Source of the DNA: a virus
Virus record (IMG/VR): IMGVR_UViG_3300031454_000003
Span: 1-61,736 of that record
Length of the DNA: 61,736 nt
Strand: one strand, 5' to 3'
Part shown: piece after piece, positions 10,104-18,703 of the stretch
How positions within the stretch are numbered: the stretch's first letter is position 1
Layout of the letters: each line of letters opens with the position of its first letter
The notes under the pieces: model-generated
Databases searched by the model: none
What the model saw: the letters and a program-made list of their open reading frames with translations, nothing else
What the model was told of the DNA's origin: nothing
Translations under genes and position numbers: made by a program

Positions 10104-10364
10104 ATGGACGCAAACTTCACGACCGAAGAAATGGCCTTAGCCCAGACAGCTATCAACACGGTCAACGAAAACGCCGTAAGCTATGCGGAAGTGACTGCAC
10201 TAATTCAGGCTTTGGCTCAGCGTCTCCAAGCAGGAGACTTCCCCGAAGAATTGCTTGAACGCATCCGCGCCCAACCGACCGCAAAAGCTAGGGTTGAGGC
10301 TTTTGCTAGCAAGCTCGTGACGCAGAACGCTGAAGCTTTAAGGGGGTTAGCCCGTGACGACTGA
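10104..10364 (+). CDS. hypothetical protein (opposite-strand island)
   Basis: 86-aa helical-looking ORF with no competing minus-strand ORF. Confidence 0.6.
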   Translation: MDANFTTEEMALAQTAINTVNENAVSYAEVTALIQALAQRLQAGDFPEELLERIRAQPTAKARVEAFASKLVTQNAEALRGLARDD

Positions 10365-10773
10365 AAAACAAGTGTTTGAGGAAAAACACGTAGCCAGACA
10401 AATAGCCGACCAACTAGAAAGCATTTTCGGCGACACTCAGCTTGGAAACGAGATTATGAGATGGTCTAAGCTGACGCCTGAAGAGCGGGCACAAGCCCAA
10501 GAGCAGCGACAACGCGAAGAGGCCGAAGACGAAGCCGAACGTTTCAGGCTTAACCCGGACTTGAGGCGCTACTTTTTTAGCCCTACCGAGACGTTTGACC
10601 TGAGCGATTTAGCCGACGCCAGACTAGACGACTCAGACCGTCCGCACGTTCACGAATGGCGCGCGTACATCCCCGAAGGCTTACGCGAGCGTTGGGGCGA
10701 ACTGTCAGATGAAACCCGGCAGGTCGCCTACTATATGGCGTGCGAGCAGGCTGACAGGGAGGTTTGGGACTAA
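10354..10773 (+). CDS. hypothetical acidic protein (opposite-strand island)
   Basis: 139-aa ORF with a GTG start overlapping the previous ORF. Confidence 0.6.
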   Translation: MTTEKQVFEEKHVARQIADQLESIFGDTQLGNEIMRWSKLTPEERAQAQEQRQREEAEDEAERFRLNPDLRRYFFSPTETFDLSDLADARLDDSDRPHVHEWRAYIPEGLRERWGELSDETRQVAYYMACEQADREVWD

Positions 10774-11300
10774 TCCCCCGCCAACCGTCTCAGCCGCACC
10801 TCAGCCTCTTTGTCGTCAGCCTTAAGCATCCTCCATAGCGGTGATCTTGACCAAGCATCGTACGTAAACGTCTTGGCGTCCTTGAGCGCGATGATCGCCT
10901 GCGCCGTCTGTTTAGACATCCCGGTAAGCGGCGTCACGACTGGGCCTTGTTTCTGCTCAGGCCAGCCGTGCAAGTAGATGTAAGCTGAACGCTGTAATTC
11001 AGGCATCAAAGAAAAGAGAATGTCCTCACGCATCTGCGCTTTTAGCGGCCCGCCTACCTTCTCCCAGCGTTTGTTTTTCTCAGCTTTCTCTTGCGCCTTT
11101 ACCGGGTCGGTTTCATCGTCAGGTTCTTCAGCCTCACCCAGAGACCGCGCCGAAACGTTCAGCATGGCGAGTTCGACGTGCGGGCGGGCGTACATAGAGA
11201 TTTCTAACTCTTTAGCCCGCCAGCGGCGTTCTATCTCGAGTAGCGTAGTTTGCCCGATGTCGTCATAAGCGACACCAGCAGCGAGGGCGCGCACAGTCAA
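10770..11300 (-). CDS. hypothetical protein, tail-module position
   Basis: 176-aa ORF in the structural chain upstream of the tape measure. Confidence 0.55.
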   Translation of the reverse strand: MTVRALAAGVAYDDIGQTTLLEIERRWRAKELEISMYARPHVELAMLNVSARSLGEAEEPDDETDPVKAQEKAEKNKRWEKVGGPLKAQMREDILFSLMPELQRSAYIYLHGWPEQKQGPVVTPLTGMSKQTAQAIIALKDAKTFTYDAWSRSPLWRMLKADDKEAEVRLRRLAGD

Positions 11301-11323
11301 GTCGCGTTCTCTCTGCGCCGCCG

Positions 11324-12358
11324 TTAGTTGTTTAGCTGTCTCAGCTCTAGGTTGAGTTTCTCTTGATGCGTCAGGAGTCTCGCAACCTTCCCAGACATCC
11401 TCAGTGCGTTTCCCGCAGACACCCAGCCCGCGCCGTTTGCTTTGCTCTGTTCATCCATACGGGCGTACCAGTCGTTAAAGATTTCCGTCACAAGTCCTTC
11501 ACGCTCGGAAAAGATGTGGACGTAGCCCATGTACACGCGCCACACCGCTTCCTCTGCCTCACGGTAAGCCTTTTGCATCGGCCCGATGTCGTTAGCCAGC
11601 TCCTCGGTATCGATGCCGTTTTCATAAGCTTTTAGCTGTCCCTGTACTTCCTTCAGGCGAGCGTCGGCAAGCTGACGGCGACCTAAGATGTTCTCGACCG
11701 TCGTGAGCGGGATGTTCTCGTCAAGTAGCAGGGTGTTGTAACGGTCGATGAGCGCGTTACGGGACGCGGTGATCTGCGGGACTTCGCGCCGCAAGCCGTC
11801 CATCTCTTCGTCACTTGGTGCGAGGTTGATGATGGCGATGAGCGCCTTGCTACGTTTTGCCTCGAGCGCCATGAGGTTCTGCGCCTCGCTGTGCTCGAGC
11901 CACGCCACATGGTCGTCTTTGGTAAATGAACCGGTTTCGTAAACCATGTCACCGATGAGGTATTCTTCCTTGTCTACCGGGCGATGAATCTGCGGGACCA
12001 ACAGCGTGTACTTGCCTTCACGTTCGCCGCCGTACAAAGGCGCTTCGGTGTGAAACGAATCCTTCATTTGGTTCGGGGCGGTGTAGTTAGCGTCGCCCTC
12101 TTTTGCGTTCCGCTGTTTGTTAAGAGCTTCGGCCTCGTCTTTGCTGAGGAAACTGCGGGTGACGATGGCGACTTTGGGAGCTTGGTAAGCTGCGCCCAGC
12201 ACCTTGACGCGCTCTAGGATACTTTCGTCTTTAAGCTTGGGTACTTTCTTGAGAAAGTCTAGCCAGTCTAAATTCTCGAGCTCGAACTCTTTACCCTGGG
12301 CAAAGCGCAGCGTGAAAACGCCCTTGGGTGCGTCGGATGTCGTCTTTTTAGTTGCCAT
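11324..12358 (-). CDS. hypothetical protein, tail-assembly position
   Basis: 344-aa ORF between the major tail protein and the tape measure. Function is inferred from position only. Confidence 0.5.
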   Translation of the reverse strand: MATKKTTSDAPKGVFTLRFAQGKEFELENLDWLDFLKKVPKLKDESILERVKVLGAAYQAPKVAIVTRSFLSKDEAEALNKQRNAKEGDANYTAPNQMKDSFHTEAPLYGGEREGKYTLLVPQIHRPVDKEEYLIGDMVYETGSFTKDDHVAWLEHSEAQNLMALEAKRSKALIAIINLAPSDEEMDGLRREVPQITASRNALIDRYNTLLLDENIPLTTVENILGRRQLADARLKEVQGQLKAYENGIDTEELANDIGPMQKAYREAEEAVWRVYMGYVHIFSEREGLVTEIFNDWYARMDEQSKANGAGWVSAGNALRMSGKVARLLTHQEKLNLELRQLNN

Positions 12359-12638
12359 GTTTTACCTCGCTGATCTGGTATAGGAGCAACGGCTCTTTAA
12401 GTTGCCCGAAATGTTTAGGATCGCCTGGTGCCGCCCAGATACCTGCGCGTACGGCTTCTCTGAGTTCATATGTGTAGGTCGCCCGTTTCGTCTTGAGGGT
12501 GAAGCGAGTAGATACGGGATAATTCTGCTGTGCTAAATAAGTTTGAGCAGATAGGTAGTCGCTGTCGCTGGTTTGAACGTCGAAAATATAAAGTGCAGCC
12601 CCCCCATCGAGAGGCTGCACTTTTAATTCCTTAATCAA
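12348..12638 (-). CDS. hypothetical protein
   Basis: 96-aa ORF directly after the major tail gene. Confidence 0.5.
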   Translation of the reverse strand: MIKELKVQPLDGGAALYIFDVQTSDSDYLSAQTYLAQQNYPVSTRFTLKTKRATYTYELREAVRAGIWAAPGDPKHFGQLKEPLLLYQISEVKHGN

Positions 12639-12640
12639 GG

Positions 12641-13519
12641 TTAAACGGTGACGGTGAAAATTCCAGCGTTTGCCTCGTCGTCGGTGTTAAACACGAGCGT
12701 GACCGTTTTCGGGCCTTCGGTTGCCCCTACAGGGACAACGAAGGTCAGTTCGTTGGTCGTCTGTGTACCAAAGGCCGTAATTGAAGTTGCCCCAAACCGC
12801 ACCGTCGATACTACGTTCAGGTTAAGACCGCGTACTGTGACAGTCGTACCCACAACTCCCTCGCTAGGGCTCAATTGGTTAGCCTGCGGGGTGGTCACTG
12901 AGCCCGCTGCGGGATTCTGCGTGGAGGCGTAGTATTTGCCTGCCTCAAAAGTCACGGTGAACACCCAAGCGTTGGTGTCGGTACCGCGCTCGTACGCCGA
13001 GATGATGCTGAGCTTACCGGCAAAGAACGAACGGTCGCCGTTATAAGACAGGTAGCCCAGCGGACGCCCTTCCTTACCGCTAAGGACATTCTTGTCGATA
13101 GGCGCATAGGCCAGCAGCAGCGCGATCTCAGGGTCGGAGTCAAAGCCTGAGATCGTCCAGGTCGGCGCGCCGTTGGTAACGCCTGTGCGCCGGGTCTGCG
13201 TACGCCCGTTGTGGTAGACCTCGTCTACCGTGGTCGCTGTGGGCTGCGGCGTGTTGGTGCCGGTGATAAGGTTGCCCAGGCTCAGGTAGGTACCGGCAAC
13301 AGCGCGCCCCGTCGCGTTGAACTCGGCAATCTTGATTTCACGCTCACCCAACACGCGGGCGGTGTCGGCTGCTGCGGTTTCGTTGGTGATGTCAATCTCG
13401 AGGTTGTTCGACGCGGCGAAAGCGTAGGCGTTGACGCGCTCGAGGTAGAGATCAATTTCTTGGTTATCAGCGAAGACAACAGCGGAGTTTTGCAGGGCGG
13501 TCTGAATTGCGTTAAGCAT
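12641..13519 (-). CDS. major tail protein with a C-terminal IPT/TIG-like Ig domain
   Basis: Gene-order position, plus the C-terminus SPSEGVVGTTVTVRGLNLNVVSTVRFGATSITAFGTQTTNELTFVVPVGATEGPKTVTLVF. Confidence 0.6.
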   Translation of the reverse strand: MLNAIQTALQNSAVVFADNQEIDLYLERVNAYAFAASNNLEIDITNETAAADTARVLGEREIKIAEFNATGRAVAGTYLSLGNLITGTNTPQPTATTVDEVYHNGRTQTRRTGVTNGAPTWTISGFDSDPEIALLLAYAPIDKNVLSGKEGRPLGYLSYNGDRSFFAGKLSIISAYERGTDTNAWVFTVTFEAGKYYASTQNPAAGSVTTPQANQLSPSEGVVGTTVTVRGLNLNVVSTVRFGATSITAFGTQTTNELTFVVPVGATEGPKTVTLVFNTDDEANAGIFTVTV

Positions 13520-13591
13520 TTGTATCTCCCTATAGAGAAATGAGAACGCCCCAGCTTTTGAAGGCCGGGGCTGGGTTTAGGGTTGTCGGGT

Positions 13592-14023
13592 CTAGTGTGT
13601 GCTGGACTCGAGCCGGAGCATCGTCTCAAGGAATCCCGCCCGCCTAGCCTCGGGGCGGTAGCCACCAACAACGCGAAACGGTGCGATGAGCGGAACGCCG
13701 GGGCGCAGCTCGTCAACGTTTTCAACGCTGTTTTTTATGCCCCTATAAAACTGCTCGAGGTACAGCTTGGAGCTTTCGGAGCGCGCCTCGAACACAACAT
13801 CGATGGGCGTCAGGTAGCGCGCCTTGCCGTTGTGGTAGGTCTCTATCACGGCGTCACCGACGTTCAGCAGGTAGCAATACGGCAGGCCGTCGTACTCGGG
13901 TGAGGTAACGCGGGCCTCGTCGTCTTTGCTGAGGAAACCTTCAGCGACGCAGAGAAAGGGAGCGGTGAGGTCGGCGGGTTTTGCATGTTGATGGCGCAAA
14001 AAGTAACTTAAGGTGATAGCCAC
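13592..14023 (-). CDS. tail terminator-like protein (called by position)
   Basis: 143-aa ORF immediately upstream of the major tail gene. Confidence 0.4.
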   Translation of the reverse strand: MAITLSYFLRHQHAKPADLTAPFLCVAEGFLSKDDEARVTSPEYDGLPYCYLLNVGDAVIETYHNGKARYLTPIDVVFEARSESSKLYLEQFYRGIKNSVENVDELRPGVPLIAPFRVVGGYRPEARRAGFLETMLRLESSTH

Positions 14024-14026
14024 CTC

Positions 14027-14809
14027 CTAAAACAATCTCCCCGCAAAATCTAAAGGTGATTTTGTACCTTTTTGTAAATTGCAGGTTTTGCAGGCACAAA
14101 CTATATTTGAAGGATCATTGCTACCTCCATTCGCCAAAGCAATTACATGGTCAACATGGTATCCAGATTTTTTCAAATCAGTACCACACCACCAACACCT
14201 ACCTTTTTGAATCTGAAACCGCTTTTTAATGTCAGTGGAATTTACTGTCCCGCCGCCTGCGCGTTTGCGTGCCTTGCGTACTCTAGCGTGAAGACGGGCC
14301 GTCTCGGGATTAGCAGCACGATTTCTTCTTGCTCTAGCCCTTTCTTTTTCGGGGTCGGCTCGTCGGCGCGCTTCCCGGCTGAGCGCCCGGCAATGTTCCA
14401 CGTTAGCGTAGTATGCATCCTGACGCCGAGCCTTGCGCGTTTCGGGATTTTCCCTTTTATACAAAACCGCCCTTTGCGCTATACAGCGTTCACGATTTTT
14501 TTCATAGTGCGCGCACTGATACTTGTTATCACATTCTCGGCATGTTCTTTTGAGGCCATCGCCGTGTTTGGAAACCAGAAAGAACTCTGACGTTCTTTCA
14601 TACGAACGTTGACAAGACGTACAAACCGCCCTGTCAACTTCTTTGACGGGGCGGTTTACTTCTCTCCAAGCCTTATTTTTCACACTTACACAAGATTTGC
14701 AATAGTAATCTAAGCCATCATTTCTGTCTCTTCGTATAGAAAAGTTAGAAAATGGCTTAACTTGCTTGCATGAAGCACAGGGCTTGGAGCCTTCGGGTAG
14801 ACTATCCAC
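14027..14809 (-). CDS. HNH endonuclease, family A (CxxC N-terminus, basic middle, C-terminal HNH)
   Basis: QKGRCWWCGTDLKKSGYHVDHVIALANGGSNDPSNIVCACKTCNLQKGTKSPLDFAGRLF. GTG start behind AGGAGG. Confidence 0.85.
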   Translation of the reverse strand: MDSLPEGSKPCASCKQVKPFSNFSIRRDRNDGLDYYCKSCVSVKNKAWREVNRPVKEVDRAVCTSCQRSYERTSEFFLVSKHGDGLKRTCRECDNKYQCAHYEKNRERCIAQRAVLYKRENPETRKARRQDAYYANVEHCRALSREARRRADPEKERARARRNRAANPETARLHARVRKARKRAGGGTVNSTDIKKRFQIQKGRCWWCGTDLKKSGYHVDHVIALANGGSNDPSNIVCACKTCNLQKGTKSPLDFAGRLF

Positions 14810-14832
14810 AGCGGCCTCCTAATAGGTCGTCA

Positions 14833-14886
14833 GTCCCTTTCGGTGCTCTGCCAAGAATCACCGTCTGGGACGCTTTTATTCTACCA
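14833..14886 (-). promoter_or_regulatory. private HNH promoter (TGgTAGAAT) plus nested leader hairpin
   Basis: Sense strand reads TGGTAGAAT aaaa GCGTCCC AGAC GGTG attcttggcagag CACC GAAA GGGAC. Confidence 0.55.
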
Positions 14887-14925
14887 TAAAAACCTTGCGC
14901 TGAGCACGAAGTAGGCGTGAAAGGG

Positions 14926-15336
14926 TCATAGCTTCACCGCCCGCATACGGGCGTGAACGCGGCTATCCATCGCCGTGCGTCTGACCGGAGCCCTTGCAAT
15001 GAGATTCTGACGAGGCGCTCCCAGCTCCAAAGCTAAAGCCTGCTCACGTTCGTCTGCGCCGTTAGGCACAAGCCCGAAGTAAGCACCGTCGGCAGTGAGT
15101 CCAGATTCAACCATGCCTTGCAGCCGCCCGGATTGCTTAATCGGGTACTGTCCGGGCGCAGATGAACGGTTTGGAAGTGAGGCGTATTTCACGCCGCGTC
15201 CGCCGCCCGTATCGCTAAGGTTTTCCCTCAGCGCGTCAGCTCCTACCTCTGCCATCTTCAGCACTACTTTTTGAGCCTCGGCGTTGAGTTGGGCTAGGAT
15301 GTTCGGGTTTTCCTTAACTATGGTCGTGATAGCCAT
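14926..15336 (-). CDS. HK97 gp10-like tail completion protein
   Basis: SSAPGQYPIKQSGRLQGMV matches the gp10-family SAPGxPPxxxTGxL signature, and the position fits. Confidence 0.6.
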   Translation of the reverse strand: MAITTIVKENPNILAQLNAEAQKVVLKMAEVGADALRENLSDTGGGRGVKYASLPNRSSAPGQYPIKQSGRLQGMVESGLTADGAYFGLVPNGADEREQALALELGAPRQNLIARAPVRRTAMDSRVHARMRAVKL

Positions 15337-15731
15337 CAGCCGACCAACTCAACCGAAACTGAATACAACCACCCGAGGTCGTCAGCAACATCAGGTATCT
15401 GCGCCGGGACGAGGCTACCGAGCGTGAGCGTCTGCTTTTGCCCCATCTCGGTAAACGTCCCGGTATCGCCCGCCTTGAGTGTGTCCGGTAGCTTTAGCGG
15501 GGCGTCGCCTACAGTCCCGACGATCTGCATGAGACGACTTGACCGGCTTACCTCTAAACCTTCTCGCTCGTTGCCTTCACGCGGGTTTCTGTCGCGCAAG
15601 AGGAATACCTCGAGCACGACGTTCTCACCTACGGGCGGGCTGTACGTGCCGGTCACGGGGTCGTAGACCTTGACTGTGGGGGCGAAGGTAACGACCACGG
15701 GTGTGCTGAGGGCAATAATTGAAGACTCCAT
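15336..15731 (-). CDS. head closure / head-tail adaptor-like protein (called by position)
   Basis: 131-aa ORF in the head-tail joining block. Confidence 0.4.
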   Translation of the reverse strand: MESSIIALSTPVVVTFAPTVKVYDPVTGTYSPPVGENVVLEVFLLRDRNPREGNEREGLEVSRSSRLMQIVGTVGDAPLKLPDTLKAGDTGTFTEMGQKQTLTLGSLVPAQIPDVADDLGWLYSVSVELVG

Positions 15732-15789
15732 TAGAGCCTTAGCGGGTAGGGTGCGGGGGCTAAAGTCAGAATACGGACCACCTCACTTC

Positions 15790-16173
15790 CTATGTAATGA
15801 CAATAGGGACGCTTGAGCTACCGAATGACGCGCGTGTACCGCCCTGAAAGTCGGCGGCTAGGTATCCAGGCAGCTCGAGCCCAAGCCGCGCATCCTCTGA
15901 CGCCTGTTCAGCGAGTAAGGCCGCTAGTGCTTTGTCGAGGTCGCGGTACTCAGCGCCGATGATGCCGGTCCCTTTGTTTATCCACTTAGGGTTTGCCCCG
16001 AGCCAACGGTAAGCGGCAGCAGCGGGACGCCAGTACGTTACGTTGAAAAACGTAACTGAGGTCTGCACTAGGCGGCGGGTGAGGTCGCCCTTAGTGTCTG
16101 CGTATCCCGTGTAAGCTTTCGCCGCCGCTAGGGCGTCGTCAAAGTTCGTCGGGTCTAAAACGGGCGCGGGCAT
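15790..16173 (-). CDS. head-tail connector-like protein (called by position)
   Basis: 127-aa ORF downstream of the capsid gene. Confidence 0.4.
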   Translation of the reverse strand: MPAPVLDPTNFDDALAAAKAYTGYADTKGDLTRRLVQTSVTFFNVTYWRPAAAAYRWLGANPKWINKGTGIIGAEYRDLDKALAALLAEQASEDARLGLELPGYLAADFQGGTRASFGSSSVPIVIT

Positions 16174-16176
16174 GGC

Positions 16177-16383
16177 TTACAGCCCCTCAGTCACCGTTTT
16201 GCGGGGTGTGCTGCGCTTCTTCTCCGCTGCCAGAGCTTCGGCTTTGCTGACCTCACCCAAATCGACCGCGTCTAAAACTTCTTGCGCGGTCATATCCTCG
16301 AGGGGTTCGGGCTTAACCTGATCGCCATAAGCCTTAAAGACACCGTTATCGAAGGTGCCACTAGCGTTAAATGGGTCGGTCAT
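16177..16383 (-). CDS. hypothetical small protein
   Basis: 68-aa ORF directly after the capsid gene. Confidence 0.5.
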   Translation of the reverse strand: MTDPFNASGTFDNGVFKAYGDQVKPEPLEDMTAQEVLDAVDLGEVSKAEALAAEKKRSTPRKTVTEGL

Positions 16384-16385
16384 GG

Positions 16386-17519
16386 CTAGGCCGCCTTAGC
16401 TGGGATGTTGAGAACGCCAAGTCTTTGTCTACCCTCTGCATTTCGGGTGATCGGCAAAGTCACCTGAGTTCCTTCAGCCTCGACGTTCGGCGCTTTACGA
16501 TTGCCATTGACCCGGAGATAGACCGCCTTACCGTTGGTCGTCTGGGCCGTGGCGATACCGTTACCGACAAATCCGAGAGTGGTCGGGGCGATGAGTTCGG
16601 GACGGTCGGTCACAACAACCGGGTCGATGCTCGAGCTGTTCAGCATCACGAACGCTGTGTCACGCAGGTAACGCACCCGAGTACCGTCAAGCTGCTCATA
16701 GGTCGCCTCGTGAAGCGTAATACCGGGCAAACCGTTAGAGCGCAAGATGTTATCGATAGAGTCCGACAGCACCCGACCCGGTAGGGTTTGAGGTTGGCCT
16801 TGAGCGTTCGTTACCGCCATACCGCCGTAAGCCTTAATCTCGTTGTTCATGCTCATGAGCGACAAAATGCGGCGGCTCGTGATCATATCGGTAACGACGC
16901 CGAGCTTGTCAGCCATTGCAAAAATGTCGTTCAGAATCGAGTAGGCAGGGTCGTACCAGCCCGCAGGCGCGGCAGTTGTACCGGACGGAACAGTGACGCG
17001 GTGCCCTTCCGGGTTGGCATAGGGCACATTTTCAGAGTAACCGGAATCGCCACGACGTTTTACAAGGCCGTCAGCCATCGCCTCCCAACGCTGTTTCTCA
17101 ATAATATCGTTAAGCGGCTTGACAATCTGAGTTAGCAAAAAGTCCTGCAAGATGCGCTCGACGCCATCAATCCGATTTAGGCGAGCAAGCTGCACAATTA
17201 CGTCGTAATCGCGCCCAGTGAGTTGAGCACCCGTGTCGTTTGTCCGCAAGCGTACCGAGATGGGCTCGGATTCCATACCACCACGCGGTACCACCGGGGC
17301 GTAACGGGTCGCGTCGTAAGCAATGACCGAACGGAAGTAGATGCCGTCTTCATCAAACGCGTTCTCACGGTTGACGAGCGGCAGAAAGCGTGCGCCGACG
17401 TAATCGACGGTCGAGCCGTCAGGCATGTTCATAGTGAAACCTGCACGGGCGTCATTTACGAATGACGTAATGCTGCCGTCGTCTAACTTATCGGCAATGA
17501 TCTTAGCGAGATCGCTCAT
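16386..17519 (-). CDS. major capsid protein (lambda gpE-like by order and size)
   Basis: 377-aa ORF preceded by scaffold and decoration-like genes. ATGA overlap with the upstream gene. Confidence 0.75.
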   Translation of the reverse strand: MSDLAKIIADKLDDGSITSFVNDARAGFTMNMPDGSTVDYVGARFLPLVNRENAFDEDGIYFRSVIAYDATRYAPVVPRGGMESEPISVRLRTNDTGAQLTGRDYDVIVQLARLNRIDGVERILQDFLLTQIVKPLNDIIEKQRWEAMADGLVKRRGDSGYSENVPYANPEGHRVTVPSGTTAAPAGWYDPAYSILNDIFAMADKLGVVTDMITSRRILSLMSMNNEIKAYGGMAVTNAQGQPQTLPGRVLSDSIDNILRSNGLPGITLHEATYEQLDGTRVRYLRDTAFVMLNSSSIDPVVVTDRPELIAPTTLGFVGNGIATAQTTNGKAVYLRVNGNRKAPNVEAEGTQVTLPITRNAEGRQRLGVLNIPAKAA

Positions 17520-17917
17520 TCCGCGCCGTCCTTAATTGTCTTGTAGTTGTCAAACACGAGCGTCTGTTGCGCGACGGGCAAAGTAGCCCAGCCGGGTAGA
17601 CGTTCGGGGACGACGGTAAAGTTTTTGCCGACCACAATCAGCTCGACCTCGTTATCTCTAGCTGCGTCAATTACATCAAACGCCGTTAGGTAGAACTCCG
17701 TGTCGCCTGTGGCGTACGGTCCGAACAGGTTTTCAGTAGCCCGCACACGGCCCACGAGCGTTCCGGCAGACACGTACTTTCTACCTGAAGCGTCAGCGGT
17801 AATCGCCGCCTCGTCAAGCCGTCCACCAACGCGCATCAAGTGATACTCGCTATGTAAGAACTCCCCATAGAACGGCACAGAGGTGCGCGTCCGGGGTCCC
17901 ATCAAAATAGGGTCCAT
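17516..17917 (-). CDS. head decoration-like protein (called by position)
   Basis: 133-aa ORF between scaffold and capsid, as in the lambda D-E order. Confidence 0.4.
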   Translation of the reverse strand: MDPILMGPRTRTSVPFYGEFLHSEYHLMRVGGRLDEAAITADASGRKYVSAGTLVGRVRATENLFGPYATGDTEFYLTAFDVIDAARDNEVELIVVGKNFTVVPERLPGWATLPVAQQTLVFDNYKTIKDGAE

Positions 17918-17933
17918 TTATTTTACTCCATTC

Positions 17934-18572
17934 TTATTTCTTTACGCCAAAGCGGTCGTTTGCCGCTTGGCTCCATGTGTCCTGTGTTTGCTGCGTGCGG
18001 TTGCCCGCTTGCGACATGACGACGGGGCGGGCTGTCGAATTAAGCTTGAACCAACCGCTGTTGACTAAATCGGTTATTTTTTCGCTTTCGGCCCATTCGC
18101 TGAAAGCTAGCTCTTTATCGTCTAATACGACGCTAACCTTCCGGCCTTCGCCTTCACCCTCGACTTTTAACGACTTACCCCTTAAAAAAGTTTCAAGCTT
18201 TTCGGGATCAAGCTCAACGCCACGAATCGTTCCGTAACGGTCGTTTTTACCTTTCTCAGCCTCGAGTGTTGCCATGCGCTCTAACGAAGTTTTAAGCTGA
18301 TCGACTTTCCCCAGTGCTGTATAAGCCTGCCAGCGTTCACCGTCGGCCTTGCTAAGCGTCACGCTACCGTCAGCGGGCACTTTGCCCCTAAACTCGTCGC
18401 GTTCGGTCTCAGCGGTCTGGGCGCGGTCTCTAAGCTTCGCAACGTCGGTCTCGAGCTTTTCTTTGCTGCCGAGTAGCCGATCACGTTCAGCCTCGAGCGG
18501 GCCGATCTTGCCTTTTAAGATGCCGAGTTCAGATAATGCCTCTTCTAAAGTCAGGGCCATAGTTCCTTTCAC
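17934..18572 (-). CDS. scaffolding protein
   Basis: 212-aa charged coiled-coil protein between portal and capsid. Confidence 0.6.
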   Translation of the reverse strand: MKGTMALTLEEALSELGILKGKIGPLEAERDRLLGSKEKLETDVAKLRDRAQTAETERDEFRGKVPADGSVTLSKADGERWQAYTALGKVDQLKTSLERMATLEAEKGKNDRYGTIRGVELDPEKLETFLRGKSLKVEGEGEGRKVSVVLDDKELAFSEWAESEKITDLVNSGWFKLNSTARPVVMSQAGNRTQQTQDTWSQAANDRFGVKK

Positions 18573-18661
18573 ACGCCACGGGCGCGGTACTCGCCTCCAC
18601 GGGGGGCTAGGTGTTTAGGTTTCTGGACTCACAGCGCGCCTACAAGACGCGACAAGCCACG

Positions 18662-18684
18662 AAAAAACCGCCGGGTTAGGGCGG
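18662..18684 (-). terminator. intrinsic terminator after the portal gene
   Basis: Sense strand reads CCGCC ctaaccc GGCGG TTTTTT. Confidence 0.5.
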
Positions 18685-18703
18685 CTGGGTAGAAATTGAA
18701 GGG

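Noticed and set aside
12340-12365. Programmed -1 frameshift (G/GT-type chaperone) at the 12348..12358 ORF overlap upstream of the tape measure
   Set aside because: The A-run (CTAAAAAG) lies after the upstream stop and is part of the downstream ORF start region. There is no X XXY YYZ heptamer in the right frame, and the downstream ORF has its own ATG.
14802-14810. CTATCCACA, a DnaA-box-like 9-mer at the HNH start codon
   Set aside because: It is a single 8/9 match overlapping the GTG start, with no partner boxes, so it is most likely chance.
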